Positions 6,813 to 14,230 of a stretch of DNA of 14,352 nucleotides are shown piece after piece. The stretch spans positions 15,101 to 29,452 of the forward strand of contig NZ_SNUY01000057.1 of assembly GCF_004376175.1 (NCBI RefSeq), given 5' to 3'. Position numbers and translations under genes: made by a program. Below the pieces are notes generated by a model. The model did no database searches. It saw only the letters and a program-made list of their open reading frames with translations, and had not been told where the DNA came from. The stretch is from Halalkalibacterium halodurans. Its GTDB lineage: Bacteria; Bacillota; Bacilli; Bacillales; Bacillaceae_D. Position 1 is the first letter of the stretch; each line of letters begins with the position of its first letter.

Positions 6813-7587
6813 ATCGAATCACATCGCTCGGATCCACGTAGTTTTCTCCTTGCTTCAAGGCAAAATAATAAACCCCTTTTTCACCGTCCTCTGCTCTTGA
6901 AGCTGTCCCAATCTTTGTCCCTGCTTCAATATGGTCGTATACATTGACCGCTACGTTATCGATCATTCCATAGATGGATTCTGATCCGTCATAATGCTGC
7001 AACGTCACCATTTTCCCCTCTTCACTGTTATTAATTTCAATGACGTACCCAGATTTCGCTGCTTCAACCTCAGCTCCCACGCCCGTCTCCACGAGAACCC
7101 CCCGGCCGTTTTGCTCAAAGCTTTCTGTAATTACCCCACTTGCAGGTACGGCAAAGACCATTCGTTCCTCATCTTGGTCTGGGTCTCCTAGAGCAAACTG
7201 ATCATTGGAAGGAATGAGCGCAAGGGGTTGGCCAAATTGCTGCTCATACCAATGGGCAATAGCGGCAAATTGAAATTCTTGTTCAAACGCCTGTTCCACC
7301 CCTGCCCTTAACGGTTGAAGAGGAGCTGCGTTCGATTGAAACACGATTGCAATCACGAGAAATAAGCAAATTGAAATTAATGTGCGAAATAAAAGCAACC
7401 CTTGCCGATCCGTTGAGGCTCTCGGTTCATTTCGCTCTGGATACACGTAAACCTCTGGTTCCTCCCTAGCTTCTTCATGACGTTGAAACATTAGAGGTAC
7501 CATTCGCTCACTTTTTTGTGTTCTCTCGTTTATTTCCCTTCTCCGTAACGCTAATCTTTTTCGAAGCTTATCCAATTCACGAGCCAT
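6805..7587 (-). CDS. spoIVFA: Stage IV sporulation protein FA (SpoIVFA), degenerate LytM/M23-domain membrane protein
   Basis: Charged N-terminus, a single TM (LLLFRTLISICLFLVIAIVF) and a C-terminal M23-like fold (GVLVETGVGAEVEAAKSGYVIEI...LQHYDGSESIYGMIDNVAVNVYDHIEAGTKIG), located immediately upstream of and overlapping spoIVFB. The ATG at 7587 follows GGTGGGGGGA; the ORF-track GTG at 7599 lies inside that SD sequence. Confidence 0.8.
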   Translation of the reverse strand: MARELDKLRKRLALRRREINERTQKSERMVPLMFQRHEEAREEPEVYVYPERNEPRASTDRQGLLLFRTLISICLFLVIAIVFQSNAAPLQPLRAGVEQAFEQEFQFAAIAHWYEQQFGQPLALIPSNDQFALGDPDQDEERMVFAVPASGVITESFEQNGRGVLVETGVGAEVEAAKSGYVIEINNSEEGKMVTLQHYDGSESIYGMIDNVAVNVYDHIEAGTKIGTASRAEDGEKGVYYFALKQGENYVDPSDVIRFD

Positions 7588-7622
7588 TGATCCCCCCACC
7601 TTTACATAGACCTTCTTACTTG

Positions 7623-7651
7623 ACTATATGACTTGTCCTGACTCGTTATGT
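7623..7651 (-). promoter_or_regulatory. Candidate sigmaE-type promoter for spoIVFAB
   Basis: Minus strand reads cATAac - 14 nt - CATATAGT (7630-7623), resembling the sigmaE consensus ATA...CATACA-T. B. subtilis spoIVFAB is sigmaE-dependent. Confidence 0.3.
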
Positions 7652-7657
7652 CATAAT
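7628..7657 (+). promoter_or_regulatory. Candidate sigmaA promoter for mobA
   Basis: ATGACT (7628-7633), an 18-bp spacer, then CATAAT (7652-7657), ~33 nt upstream of the mobA ATG. It overlaps the candidate spoIVFA promoter back to back. Confidence 0.3.
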
Positions 7658-7689
7658 GAAAAAAAGGTTTCTATGGAGGTATACGTGCA

Positions 7690-8286
7690 ATGAATCACTT
7701 GGATCGCATTGGAGTCATTTTAGCAGGGGGAAAGTCAACAAGATTTGGTCGACCAAAGGCTATGGTCCAATATCAAGAGCGCTATTTTTATGAAGCGAGC
7801 CTTGATGCATTGCAGCACCATACCGATCAAGTGCTAATCATCAGCCATCCGACGTTAACAAACCAATTCAGACGGAATGAGGGTATACGAGTGATTGAGG
7901 ACGATCCACGTTATCAAGGGTGTGGACCACTTGCTGGAATATTTACCGCGATAGAAAAGGAGTCGGCCTATTGGTATTTAACCGCTCCATGTGATACTCC
8001 TTTTCTAAAAAAAGAGATTTATGACATTCTCTTTTCTTATCTAGACCAAGAACCAGACAAAAAGGCGGTTATTCCTGTCGTCAATGGTCGAAAACAGCCG
8101 TTGATTGGCCTTTACCATCGCTCCTGTCTCGCACCAATCCAAAGCTTGCTAGAACAACAACGTTATAAGGTAGGCTTCTTATTCCAATTGGTTGATACGC
8201 TATTCGTTGAAGATAAGGCCTTCGAGCAGCTCCACTCTTCGTTTGTCAATATCAATCGGCCAGAGGACTTGTCAGAATGGACTTGA
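7690..8286 (+). CDS. mobA: Molybdenum cofactor guanylyltransferase MobA
   Basis: GVILAGGKSTRFGRPKA nucleotide-binding motif, the GPLAG and APCDTPF motifs, 198 aa. GGAGG lies upstream. Confidence 0.9.
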   Translation: MNHLDRIGVILAGGKSTRFGRPKAMVQYQERYFYEASLDALQHHTDQVLIISHPTLTNQFRRNEGIRVIEDDPRYQGCGPLAGIFTAIEKESAYWYLTAPCDTPFLKKEIYDILFSYLDQEPDKKAVIPVVNGRKQPLIGLYHRSCLAPIQSLLEQQRYKVGFLFQLVDTLFVEDKAFEQLHSSFVNINRPEDLSEWT

Positions 8287-8359
8287 GTATTAAAAAAACC
8301 CCCCCGCATTACTGGATCAATCCCAACTGAAGTGAGTTGCCATCCGGTGATATTTACTC

Positions 8360-8382
8360 GATAAGTCTACTTATCTTTTTTT
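8360..8382 (+). terminator. Weak candidate terminator for mobA
   Basis: GATAAG-tcta-CTTATC (6-bp AT-rich stem) followed by TTTTTTT. Confidence 0.35.
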
Positions 8383-8450
8383 GCTTGTGAGAAAAATAGG
8401 CAGTTGCCGAGATTTTGTAGACCAGAAGCTCCGTTAGCTTTAGAAAATGT

Positions 8451-8477
8451 AAAAAGAAAAAGCGAGATCTCTCTCGC
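8451..8477 (-). terminator. Rho-independent terminator of the moaB-moeA-mobB-moaE-moaD operon
   Basis: Minus strand reads GCGAGA-gaga-TCTCGC followed by TTTTTCTTTTT, 15 nt after the moaD stop codon. Confidence 0.75.
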
Positions 8478-8491
8478 CCTTTGATCTACAT

Positions 8492-8728
8492 TCACCCACC
8501 GCTTACAGGGGGAATCAACGCGACCACATCTCCAGCTTTAACAGTCATATGATCATTCGCATATTCTTCGTTGATAGCGACCATGATTTGTTCAAGTGAG
8601 CCTAGGGCGGGAATTTCCTTCGCCACCATTTCTTTAAGCTCCCCCACCGTCTTCCCTTCCCCTGCTAATAACAGACGGTCCGTTTCAGCTTTCTCACTTA
8701 ACTCGGCAAATAATAGAATTTCGATCAT
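8492..8728 (-). CDS. moaD: Molybdopterin synthase sulfur-carrier subunit MoaD
   Basis: A 78-aa ubiquitin-like protein ending in PPVSGG. Its start overlaps the moaE stop codon. Confidence 0.9.
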   Translation of the reverse strand: MIEILLFAELSEKAETDRLLLAGEGKTVGELKEMVAKEIPALGSLEQIMVAINEEYANDHMTVKAGDVVALIPPVSGG

Positions 8729-9195
8729 TCCTCTCCCTCCATCTTTGGCGCTCCTTCAGGATATGAGGTTGTCTCTAATTGATCCCCGACCCACATTTCG
8801 CCATCCTCCCAATGTTCTTTTTTCCAGATTGGGACAATTTCTTTGATTCGTTCTATCGCATAGCGGCTTGCTTCATACGAATCAGCGCGGTGAGGGGTTG
8901 AAACAGCAATGACTACCGCTACATCGGTAATTTCTAGCCGACCTATTCGATGAGTAATTGCGACCCTCGCCTCAGGCCAGCGCTCTTGAATTTCTTGGCC
9001 GATTTGCGCCAACTTTTTTTCTGCCATCGACGGATAGGCCTCGTACTGTAAATAAAGGGTTCTCTTTCCCTTTGTCAGCTCACGAACGGTGCCAATAAAC
9101 GTATTAATCGCTCCTGCATGTGGGTGAACGACCTGATCGATCACTTGCTGGATCACAATCGGTTGTTCCATGATGGCAAATCGTTTGCTCGTCAT
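8725..9195 (-). CDS. moaE: Molybdopterin synthase catalytic subunit MoaE
   Basis: 156 aa with ...GAINTFIGTVRE..., HRIGRLEITDVAVVIAVSTPHRADSYEASRYAIERIKEIVPIWKKE, typical of MoaE. Confidence 0.92.
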   Translation of the reverse strand: MTSKRFAIMEQPIVIQQVIDQVVHPHAGAINTFIGTVRELTKGKRTLYLQYEAYPSMAEKKLAQIGQEIQERWPEARVAITHRIGRLEITDVAVVIAVSTPHRADSYEASRYAIERIKEIVPIWKKEHWEDGEMWVGDQLETTSYPEGAPKMEGEE

Positions 9196-9197
9196 GC

Positions 9198-9707
9198 TTA
9201 CACCTCCAACCAGTTGATGAGATACGATAAATAGCGTTCTTCTTCATGGATTGTAAACACAGGTACATCCACTATTTGCTGAAGCTGTGCAGCATCCTCC
9301 CACACAATTACAGCTATCACTTTTTGTAGCTCACGTAAAAGAACGGCCTCCTTCTCATCTTTCAATAAAACAATTTTCGCGTACGGTTCATGTTTATAAC
9401 CTTCAATAAAAACCCCGTCTAAATGAAGGGAACGATAAAGTGAAAAAATGTCTTCCAGCCGCCAAGGGGCAGGTTTACTCATCTGCACTTGCAACTCCCC
9501 ATTTGAAGAAACGGCACTTGCTACAGCTCCTGCTTGTCTGTGCTTGTACGAATCCTTCCCTTTATCAAGAGCTGTTAGGGGGGAACCATGTCCATGATGC
9601 TTAATCGTCGCAAGTTTCATCCCTTTTGCTCGACCTTGTGTAATCAATTTCTCGAGCAACGTAGTTTTTCCCGAATTGCTGAAGCCTACCACCTGCAAAA
9701 TTTTCAT
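9198..9707 (-). CDS. mobB: Molybdopterin-guanine dinucleotide biosynthesis adaptor protein MobB
   Basis: Walker A motif GFSNSGKTT at the N-terminus, 169 aa. Its ATG overlaps the moeA TGA (ATGA). Confidence 0.9.
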   Translation of the reverse strand: MKILQVVGFSNSGKTTLLEKLITQGRAKGMKLATIKHHGHGSPLTALDKGKDSYKHRQAGAVASAVSSNGELQVQMSKPAPWRLEDIFSLYRSLHLDGVFIEGYKHEPYAKIVLLKDEKEAVLLRELQKVIAVIVWEDAAQLQQIVDVPVFTIHEEERYLSYLINWLEV

Positions 9708-10975
9708 GCTTCGCTCAAAGGCATTGATCCGCCTTCCCCTTTTAATAGCAACACATCTACTTCATCTCCGGCTTGAAAACCTCTCGTTCCACCCGGTAGC
9801 ATGAGCAGCCCATTTGCATTTGCCAGCGACGTCACGACGCCTGATTTATCAAGACCTGTTGGCTTCACAATCAAACGGTCAATTTTAAATTCAACTTGGC
9901 TGCGAACAAAACGGGTAAACGGATTCGGCTTCGGGAAATCTCGTCCTAGTGTGGCCTTCACCCGCTTCAAGAAAGGCTGTTCAGAACAAAAGCCAACATG
10001 GATGAAGGGGCGAACGAGAAGTTCGAAGCCAACAAAGCAGGCTGAAGGATTTCCTGAAAGACCGAACAACAACTGGCCCTCACGTTCGGCAACGGTTGTT
10101 ACACTTCCAGGGCGCATCGCAATTTTATTAAACAACACATTCGCTCCTAGCTTTTTGTAAATCGCGGGGAGATAATCATAGTCCCCAACCGATACCCCTC
10201 CTGTCGTGACGAGCACATCAACATCGGCCAACGCTGTTGCAATCGCATCATAGCATTGATCAAAATCATCAACAAGCTTACCTAAATAAACGGGTTCAGC
10301 CCCAATTTGTTTCACCTGAGAAGCGACCATATACGCATTGCTGTTGCGTATTTTCCCTGGGACAAGAGGCTCATCAACCTCTAATAATTCAGTCCCTGTC
10401 GCAAAAATTCCGATCTTCGGCATTTTATATACCGGAACCTTCGCGTAGCCGAAAGTGGCAAGAAGCGCCTTGATTCCTGCATCAATTTGCCGCCCCTTCT
10501 CCACAAGTGGCGTTCCCTCTTTCGCGTCTTCACCGCAAAACGAAATGTTATCGCCCGGTTGGAATGAGCGTTTAACTTCAATAAAACTCTCACCCGCTTC
10601 GCTTATCTCTTTTGTTAATTCAAACATTACAACCGCATCGGTTCCTTCTGGCATCTGCGCCCCTGTCATAATCCGAATAGCTTCACCTTGGGAAGGGACT
10701 TTCTGTGCTACTTGGCCAGCGCCAATTTCTTCGATAATTTTTAACCGAACAGGAGTCTCTCGGGTCGCATCCTCCGTATCTACTGCACGTATAGCAAAAC
10801 CGTCAAGAGGAGATTTATCAAAAGGAGGTACGTTGTGATCGGCTACTAGAGGTTGTGCTAAAAAACGACCGTCTGCTTCTTCTAGCGGCACCCATTCCAT
10901 CGCCCGCTCCTTTGCAAAAGCAACAACTTGTTCAACAGCCTCATGAACAGGGATCGGCACTCTTCGCTCTACCAT
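9704..10975 (-). CDS. moeA: Molybdopterin molybdenumtransferase MoeA
   Basis: 423 aa with the MoeA N-terminal/linker region, the MPT-binding motif VLVTTGGVSVGDYDY, LSGNPSA, and a C-terminal beta-barrel domain. Confidence 0.93.
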   Translation of the reverse strand: MVERRVPIPVHEAVEQVVAFAKERAMEWVPLEEADGRFLAQPLVADHNVPPFDKSPLDGFAIRAVDTEDATRETPVRLKIIEEIGAGQVAQKVPSQGEAIRIMTGAQMPEGTDAVVMFELTKEISEAGESFIEVKRSFQPGDNISFCGEDAKEGTPLVEKGRQIDAGIKALLATFGYAKVPVYKMPKIGIFATGTELLEVDEPLVPGKIRNSNAYMVASQVKQIGAEPVYLGKLVDDFDQCYDAIATALADVDVLVTTGGVSVGDYDYLPAIYKKLGANVLFNKIAMRPGSVTTVAEREGQLLFGLSGNPSACFVGFELLVRPFIHVGFCSEQPFLKRVKATLGRDFPKPNPFTRFVRSQVEFKIDRLIVKPTGLDKSGVVTSLANANGLLMLPGGTRGFQAGDEVDVLLLKGEGGSMPLSEA

Positions 10976-11008
10976 TTTTTCGTCACCTCATGTCATCAAG
11001 TCTAATTT

Positions 11009-11521
11009 TTACCGATCCTTCAAAATTTCCCGCATCACATGGCCAAGCTCCGGAATGATAATGCGTGTCATGGCTAGCTTTACCGCCCCTGTTGACCCAG
11101 GCATAGAAAAAATCGCCTTTCCGTCACGTACACCGGCAATTGCTCGGCTCAGGATCGCAGCTGTACCGATATCCTCCTGGAAGCTAAGTAGACGAAAAAT
11201 TTCGCCAAATCCAGGCATCTCTTTATCAAGACTGTCTCGAACCGCTTCATACGTTGTGTCGCGCAGAGCGATTCCAGTGCCTCCGTTTAGAAGGATAGCA
11301 TCAATGTCTGCTCGTCCAGCAGCCACCTTTAACCAATGCTGAATTTGGCTATACTCGTCCTTCACAATTTGATATTCCGTCACTTGATGCCCTTTTGCTT
11401 CCAATAGTTCACGAATGAGAGCGCCGCTTTTATCTGTGTCGTACGTTCTCGTATCTGAAATGGTTAAAATCATACAGCGTACAGTTTTCGGCGCTTCCTT
11501 TCGATGTTGTTCTACAGACAT
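11009..11521 (-). CDS. moaB: Molybdenum cofactor biosynthesis protein B (MoaB/MogA-family MPT adenylyltransferase)
   Basis: MSVEQHRKEAPKTVRCMILTISDTRT...LLNGGTGIALRDTT...FSMPGSTGAV is colinear with B. subtilis MoaB from the ATG at 11521, which has AGGA 8 nt upstream. The ORF-track start at 11548 is a TTG extension. Confidence 0.9.
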   Translation of the reverse strand: MSVEQHRKEAPKTVRCMILTISDTRTYDTDKSGALIRELLEAKGHQVTEYQIVKDEYSQIQHWLKVAAGRADIDAILLNGGTGIALRDTTYEAVRDSLDKEMPGFGEIFRLLSFQEDIGTAAILSRAIAGVRDGKAIFSMPGSTGAVKLAMTRIIIPELGHVMREILKDR

Positions 11522-11600
11522 TTCGTTCATCCTCTCCTTTATTGACAAACTGTTTTCTGTTTACTATGATAGCACAGAATTAAGTTTACTAAATAAGCGC

Positions 11601-11625
11601 TCACTAAGTAGTGAACTTTTTCACT
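11601..11625. promoter_or_regulatory. Overlapping palindromes with an FNR/CRP-type half-site pattern in the divergent moaB/moaC promoter region
   Basis: TCACTA-AG-TAGTGA (11601-11614) overlaps aGTGA-ACTTTT-TCACt (11610-11625). The latter matches TGTGA-N6-TCACA at 8 of 10 positions. Three TCAC/GTGA half-sites are phased 10 bp apart. An extended -10 TGcTATCAT for the minus operon lies at 11574-11566. Confidence 0.35.
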
Positions 11626-11701
11626 TGAAAACAAACATACTGCCAAGACTCAACGGCTGAAAATCAACTTACATAAAGAGTAAAAGGGGATGAAGAAAGG
11701 C

Positions 11702-12199
11702 ATGAGGGATTTCACCCATTTTAACGAGCAGGGACGGGCGAAAATGGTCGATATTTCGGAAAAATCCATAACCGAGCGTACGGCTGTCGCGAAGTCAAGT
11801 ATAGAAGTGAACAAAGAAATTTACGAGAAGATTACAGCAGGTAAGATCCGTAAAGGTGACGTACTCGCGGTCGCACAAATAGCTGGCGTCATGGCTGCAA
11901 AAAACACGTCCCAATGGATTCCTATGTGTCATCCACTTTCATTAACAGGTGTAGACATTTCCTTCGAGTGGGAAGAAACTAGGAACCATTACTTACTTCA
12001 TATTGAAGCATCTGTTAAAACAACAGGACGCACTGGCGTAGAGATGGAAGCATTAACTGCCGCATCAGCTACTGCTTTAACGGTCTACGATATGTGCAAA
12101 GCGATTGATAAAGGGATGGTCATTGGCCCTACGTATTTAGTGAAAAAAACAGGCGGCGTCCACGGTGATTTTGAACGAAGCTCCAGTCAAAAGTCATAA
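11702..12199 (+). CDS. moaC: Cyclic pyranopterin monophosphate synthase MoaC
   Basis: [21 protein letters not shown]...PMCHPL...[28 protein letters not shown]. The ATG at 11702 aligns with the B. subtilis MoaC N-terminus ([19 protein letters not shown]). An alternative in-frame ATG at 11690 directly abuts the SD sequence. Confidence 0.92.
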   Translation: MRDFTHFNEQGRAKMVDISEKSITERTAVAKSSIEVNKEIYEKITAGKIRKGDVLAVAQIAGVMAAKNTSQWIPMCHPLSLTGVDISFEWEETRNHYLLHIEASVKTTGRTGVEMEALTAASATALTVYDMCKAIDKGMVIGPTYLVKKTGGVHGDFERSSSQKS

Positions 12200-12213
12200 A
12201 TGTGAAACAGTAC

Positions 12214-12242
12214 TTGATCTTATCTCAACAATTTCTTAATAT
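12214..12242 (+). promoter_or_regulatory. SigmaA-type promoter for the receiver-domain gene
   Basis: TTGATC (12214-12219), a 17-bp spacer, then TAATAT (12237-12242), ~45 nt upstream of the ATG. Confidence 0.55.
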
Positions 12243-12287
12243 AAAAGTAACACACTTCATAACTCAGAAGACTTCTGGAGGATATGT

Positions 12288-12668
12288 ATGCAACCTTTTC
12301 GAGTCACGTTGGTAGAGGACGAGCCTAGTCATGCGACGCTTATTCAATACCACTTAAATCAGTTAGGGGCTGAAGTGACGGTTCATCCTAGTGGGAGCGC
12401 CTTCTTTCAGCACCGGAGTCAATTGTCGACCTGTGATTTACTGATTGTAAGTGATCAACTAGTGGATCTATCCATTTTTTCTCTCTTAGATATCGTAAAA
12501 GAGCAGACCAAGCAACCATCCGTCCTCATCTTAACGACAGGACGACATGAGTTAATCGAATCTTCTGAACATAATCTCTCGTACTTACAAAAGCCGTTTG
12601 CGATTTCAGAATTACGGGCTGCCATTGATTATCACAAGCCCTCCATGGGAGTAACGATGAACGTGTAG
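12288..12668 (+). CDS. Stand-alone response-regulator receiver (CheY-like REC) protein with no output domain
   Basis: 126 aa. Acidic pocket LVEDEP; phospho-acceptor context DLLIVSD (like the CheY ISD); LILTTG (conserved Thr); YLQKPF (conserved Lys-Pro). GGAGG lies 6 nt upstream of the ATG. Confidence 0.8.
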   Translation: MQPFRVTLVEDEPSHATLIQYHLNQLGAEVTVHPSGSAFFQHRSQLSTCDLLIVSDQLVDLSIFSLLDIVKEQTKQPSVLILTTGRHELIESSEHNLSYLQKPFAISELRAAIDYHKPSMGVTMNV

Positions 12669-12705
12669 CTTTCGCCCCTATGTGGAACAATGCTTTCCAT
12701 AGGTA

Positions 12706-12733
12706 AGAGCACTTGCCGATTGGCAAGTGCTCT
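12706..12733. terminator. Strong hairpin between convergent genes (probably a bidirectional terminator)
   Basis: AGAGCACTTGCC-gatt-GGCAAGTGCTCT, a perfect 12-bp stem, followed on the plus strand by CTTCGTGTT. A second imperfect hairpin CCTATGTGGAA...TTCCATAGG lies at 12678-12704. Confidence 0.65.
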
Positions 12734-12740
12734 CTTCGTG

Positions 12741-13256
12741 TTAAGTTAACACGTTTAAGGATTCACGGTTAAAGGCAGGTAAATCATCTGGCGTTCGGCT
12801 CGTGACCAAGTTCCCCCCACAGACGACCACCTCTTGATCATAGAAATTAGCCCCTGCGTTTCGTAAGTCAACCGCGATCGACTTATAGCCTGTCACATCA
12901 CGTCCCTTTAATACACCTGCGTTAATTAAGAGTTGAGGACCGTGGCAAATCGCCATGATCGGTTTTTTCGCATCGGCAAAAGCTTTTGCAAACGCTACGA
13001 ATCGATCATCCGCACGTAAAATGTCCGGTGAAAATCCACCTGGGATTAAGAGAGCATCAAACGCATCTTCTGTTACTTCATCGATACTAGCGTCAATTGT
13101 GATCGTCGATTCACCCTGCTTTCCTTTCACTTTTATCCCTTTTTCCTTTTCAATCGTTACGATGGAGTGACCAGCCTCTTTGAACGCTTTCACCGGTTCT
13201 GTGTACTCCGAATCTTCAAATAGATTGGTTACCACAACTGCGATCTTTTTCCCCAT
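12741..13256 (-). CDS. DJ-1/PfpI-family protein (type 1 glutamine amidotransferase-like; general-stress-protein YfkM-like)
   Basis: MGKKIAVVVTNLFEDSEYTEP...LLIPGGFSPD...PIMAICHGPQLL, with the nucleophile-elbow Cys. The ATG at 13256 is preceded by AAAGGAG. The ORF-track TTG at 13316 would place the promoter inside the gene. Confidence 0.88.
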   Translation of the reverse strand: MGKKIAVVVTNLFEDSEYTEPVKAFKEAGHSIVTIEKEKGIKVKGKQGESTITIDASIDEVTEDAFDALLIPGGFSPDILRADDRFVAFAKAFADAKKPIMAICHGPQLLINAGVLKGRDVTGYKSIAVDLRNAGANFYDQEVVVCGGNLVTSRTPDDLPAFNRESLNVLT

Positions 13257-13293
13257 GTTCTCGTTCACTCCTTTTTTGTTCTCAGTGTTCGTA

Positions 13294-13318
13294 TTACCCG
13301 AATGCCACACGTTCAAAC
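13294..13318 (-). promoter_or_regulatory. SigmaB-type (general stress) promoter upstream of the DJ-1/PfpI gene
   Basis: Minus strand reads GTTTGA (13318-13313), a 13-nt spacer, then GGGTAA (13299-13294). The B. subtilis sigmaB consensus is GTTTAA-N12-14-GGGTAT. It ends ~38 nt upstream of the ATG. Confidence 0.6.
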
Positions 13319-13393
13319 ACTTCTAATTGTAAAAAAAGATGTGATAAATATATTCAATTCTCATGTCTCATTTTATTTTTAGAAAACTTGGCT

Positions 13394-14230
13394 TTATCGT
13401 TTAACAGCATCTCTCATATAGAATATACTACTTGGATATTGCCAAAAGCCTTCAACCTGTTCGCCCAGTCCTGCCAACAGTTCAGAATGGTATAAAAATA
13501 CGAGTGGAACCTCATCTACAATAATTTGCTGTGCATCTTTGTAGAGCTCAAGTCTAGTAGCTTCATCCGTTTCTTTTCGTGCACGCTCCAGTAAATCATC
13601 TAGCTCTTCATTTGCAAAGAACGTCCGATTACCAGGAAAGCCTCCATTCTCGGAGTGGAACATTGGATATAAACCGTAATCAGCGTCTAAGGTCACCGTT
13701 CCCCAGCTACTCACAAACATTTCCGTATCACCATTTCCCGCCAGTTCTAAAAACGTACTTGTTTCCACTGTTTCGACCTGTACATCGATGCCGATTGCCT
13801 GGAGCTCCTGTTGAACAAAAACTGCGATATCCATAAACGCCCGTGTATCGTTAGAGACAATAGTCGTTTCAAAACCATTTGGATATCCTGCCTCATCCAA
13901 AAGAGCTTTAGCTTCCTCTACGTCTTTTTTGGCAGCTGAAAACTGATCATCATAACCAAAGACAGTCGGAGCTAGCGGTCCTTTGGCAGGCAATGCCATC
14001 CCATTTAAAATGCCGTTGATAATCCCTTCCTGATCAATGGCCTTCGCAATCGCCTGTCGAACAAGTGGATCATTAAACGGTTCCTTTGTTGTGTTAAATC
14101 CTAAATAGGTTAAGTTTGAACTTGGAGACTTCAATACTTTAGTCCCAAGATGCTGTTCAATGCGGTTAACATCATTCGGATTAACGGGATAAATGATATC
14201 TGCCTCACCCGTCTCAAGCTCAGCCAACGC
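13394..14230 (-). pseudogene. 5'-truncated ABC-transporter substrate-binding protein gene (family 5, peptide/nickel/glutathione type); only the C-terminal ~277 codons remain
   Basis: (S)ALAELETGEADIIYPVNPNDVNRIEQ...LTYLGFNTTKEPFNDPLVRQAIAKAIDQEGII...VSSWGTVTLDADYGLYPMFHS...LELYKDAQQIIVDEVPLVFLYH is colinear with the central and C-terminal lobes of family-5 SBPs. There is no signal peptide, lipobox, N-terminal lobe or RBS. The ORF-track start is a fortuitous TTG, and the frame is closed by a TAA 8 codons upstream, inside ISL3-derived sequence. Confidence 0.85.

Noticed and set aside
8292-8305. An A7C7 homopolymer pair just after the mobA stop codon, considered as a possible slipped-strand phase-variation tract.
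   Set aside because: It is intergenic, downstream of a stop codon, and not positioned in any promoter spacer or coding frame I can identify.
11549-11689. A Moco riboswitch upstream of the moaB operon or moaC; I also looked upstream of mobA at 7600-7689.
   Set aside because: The leaders are short and AT-rich. I cannot find the conserved GC-rich multi-stem core of the Moco RNA motif. A covariance-model scan (Rfam Moco RNA motif) would be the decisive check.
1264-13316. Longer N-terminal extensions offered by the ORF track: rpmA 1264, ytxJ 4252, rng 5767, spoIVFA 7599, moaB 11548, DJ-1 13316 and SBP 14227.
   Set aside because: These are GTG or TTG codons lying within or directly against Shine-Dalgarno sequences, or in the DJ-1 case upstream of the promoter. 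Internal ATG or GTG codons with proper spacing match the N-termini of characterised homologues.
754-13836. Antisense or shadow ORFs in the track: 754-1128+, 830-1057+, 1201-1491+, 2610-2813-, 2698-3045+, 4285-4506+, 5048-5266+, 5341-5622+, 5446-5652-, 5531-5746+, 5619-5801+, 6531-6794+, 6550-6804+, 6994-7191+, 8571-8846+, 9588-9776+, 9801-10160+, 10237-10473+, 10381-10593-, 10455-10838+, 10855-11058+, 11055-11342+, 11415-11660+, 12526-12726-, 12955-13170+, 13579-13836+. Also 9-230+ and 402-629+, opposite the ISL3 transposase.
   Set aside because: Each lies wholly or mostly inside, opposite to, or out of frame with a confidently assigned gene. They lack RBS support and have low-complexity or Ser/Arg/Pro-rich compositions typical of non-coding frames.
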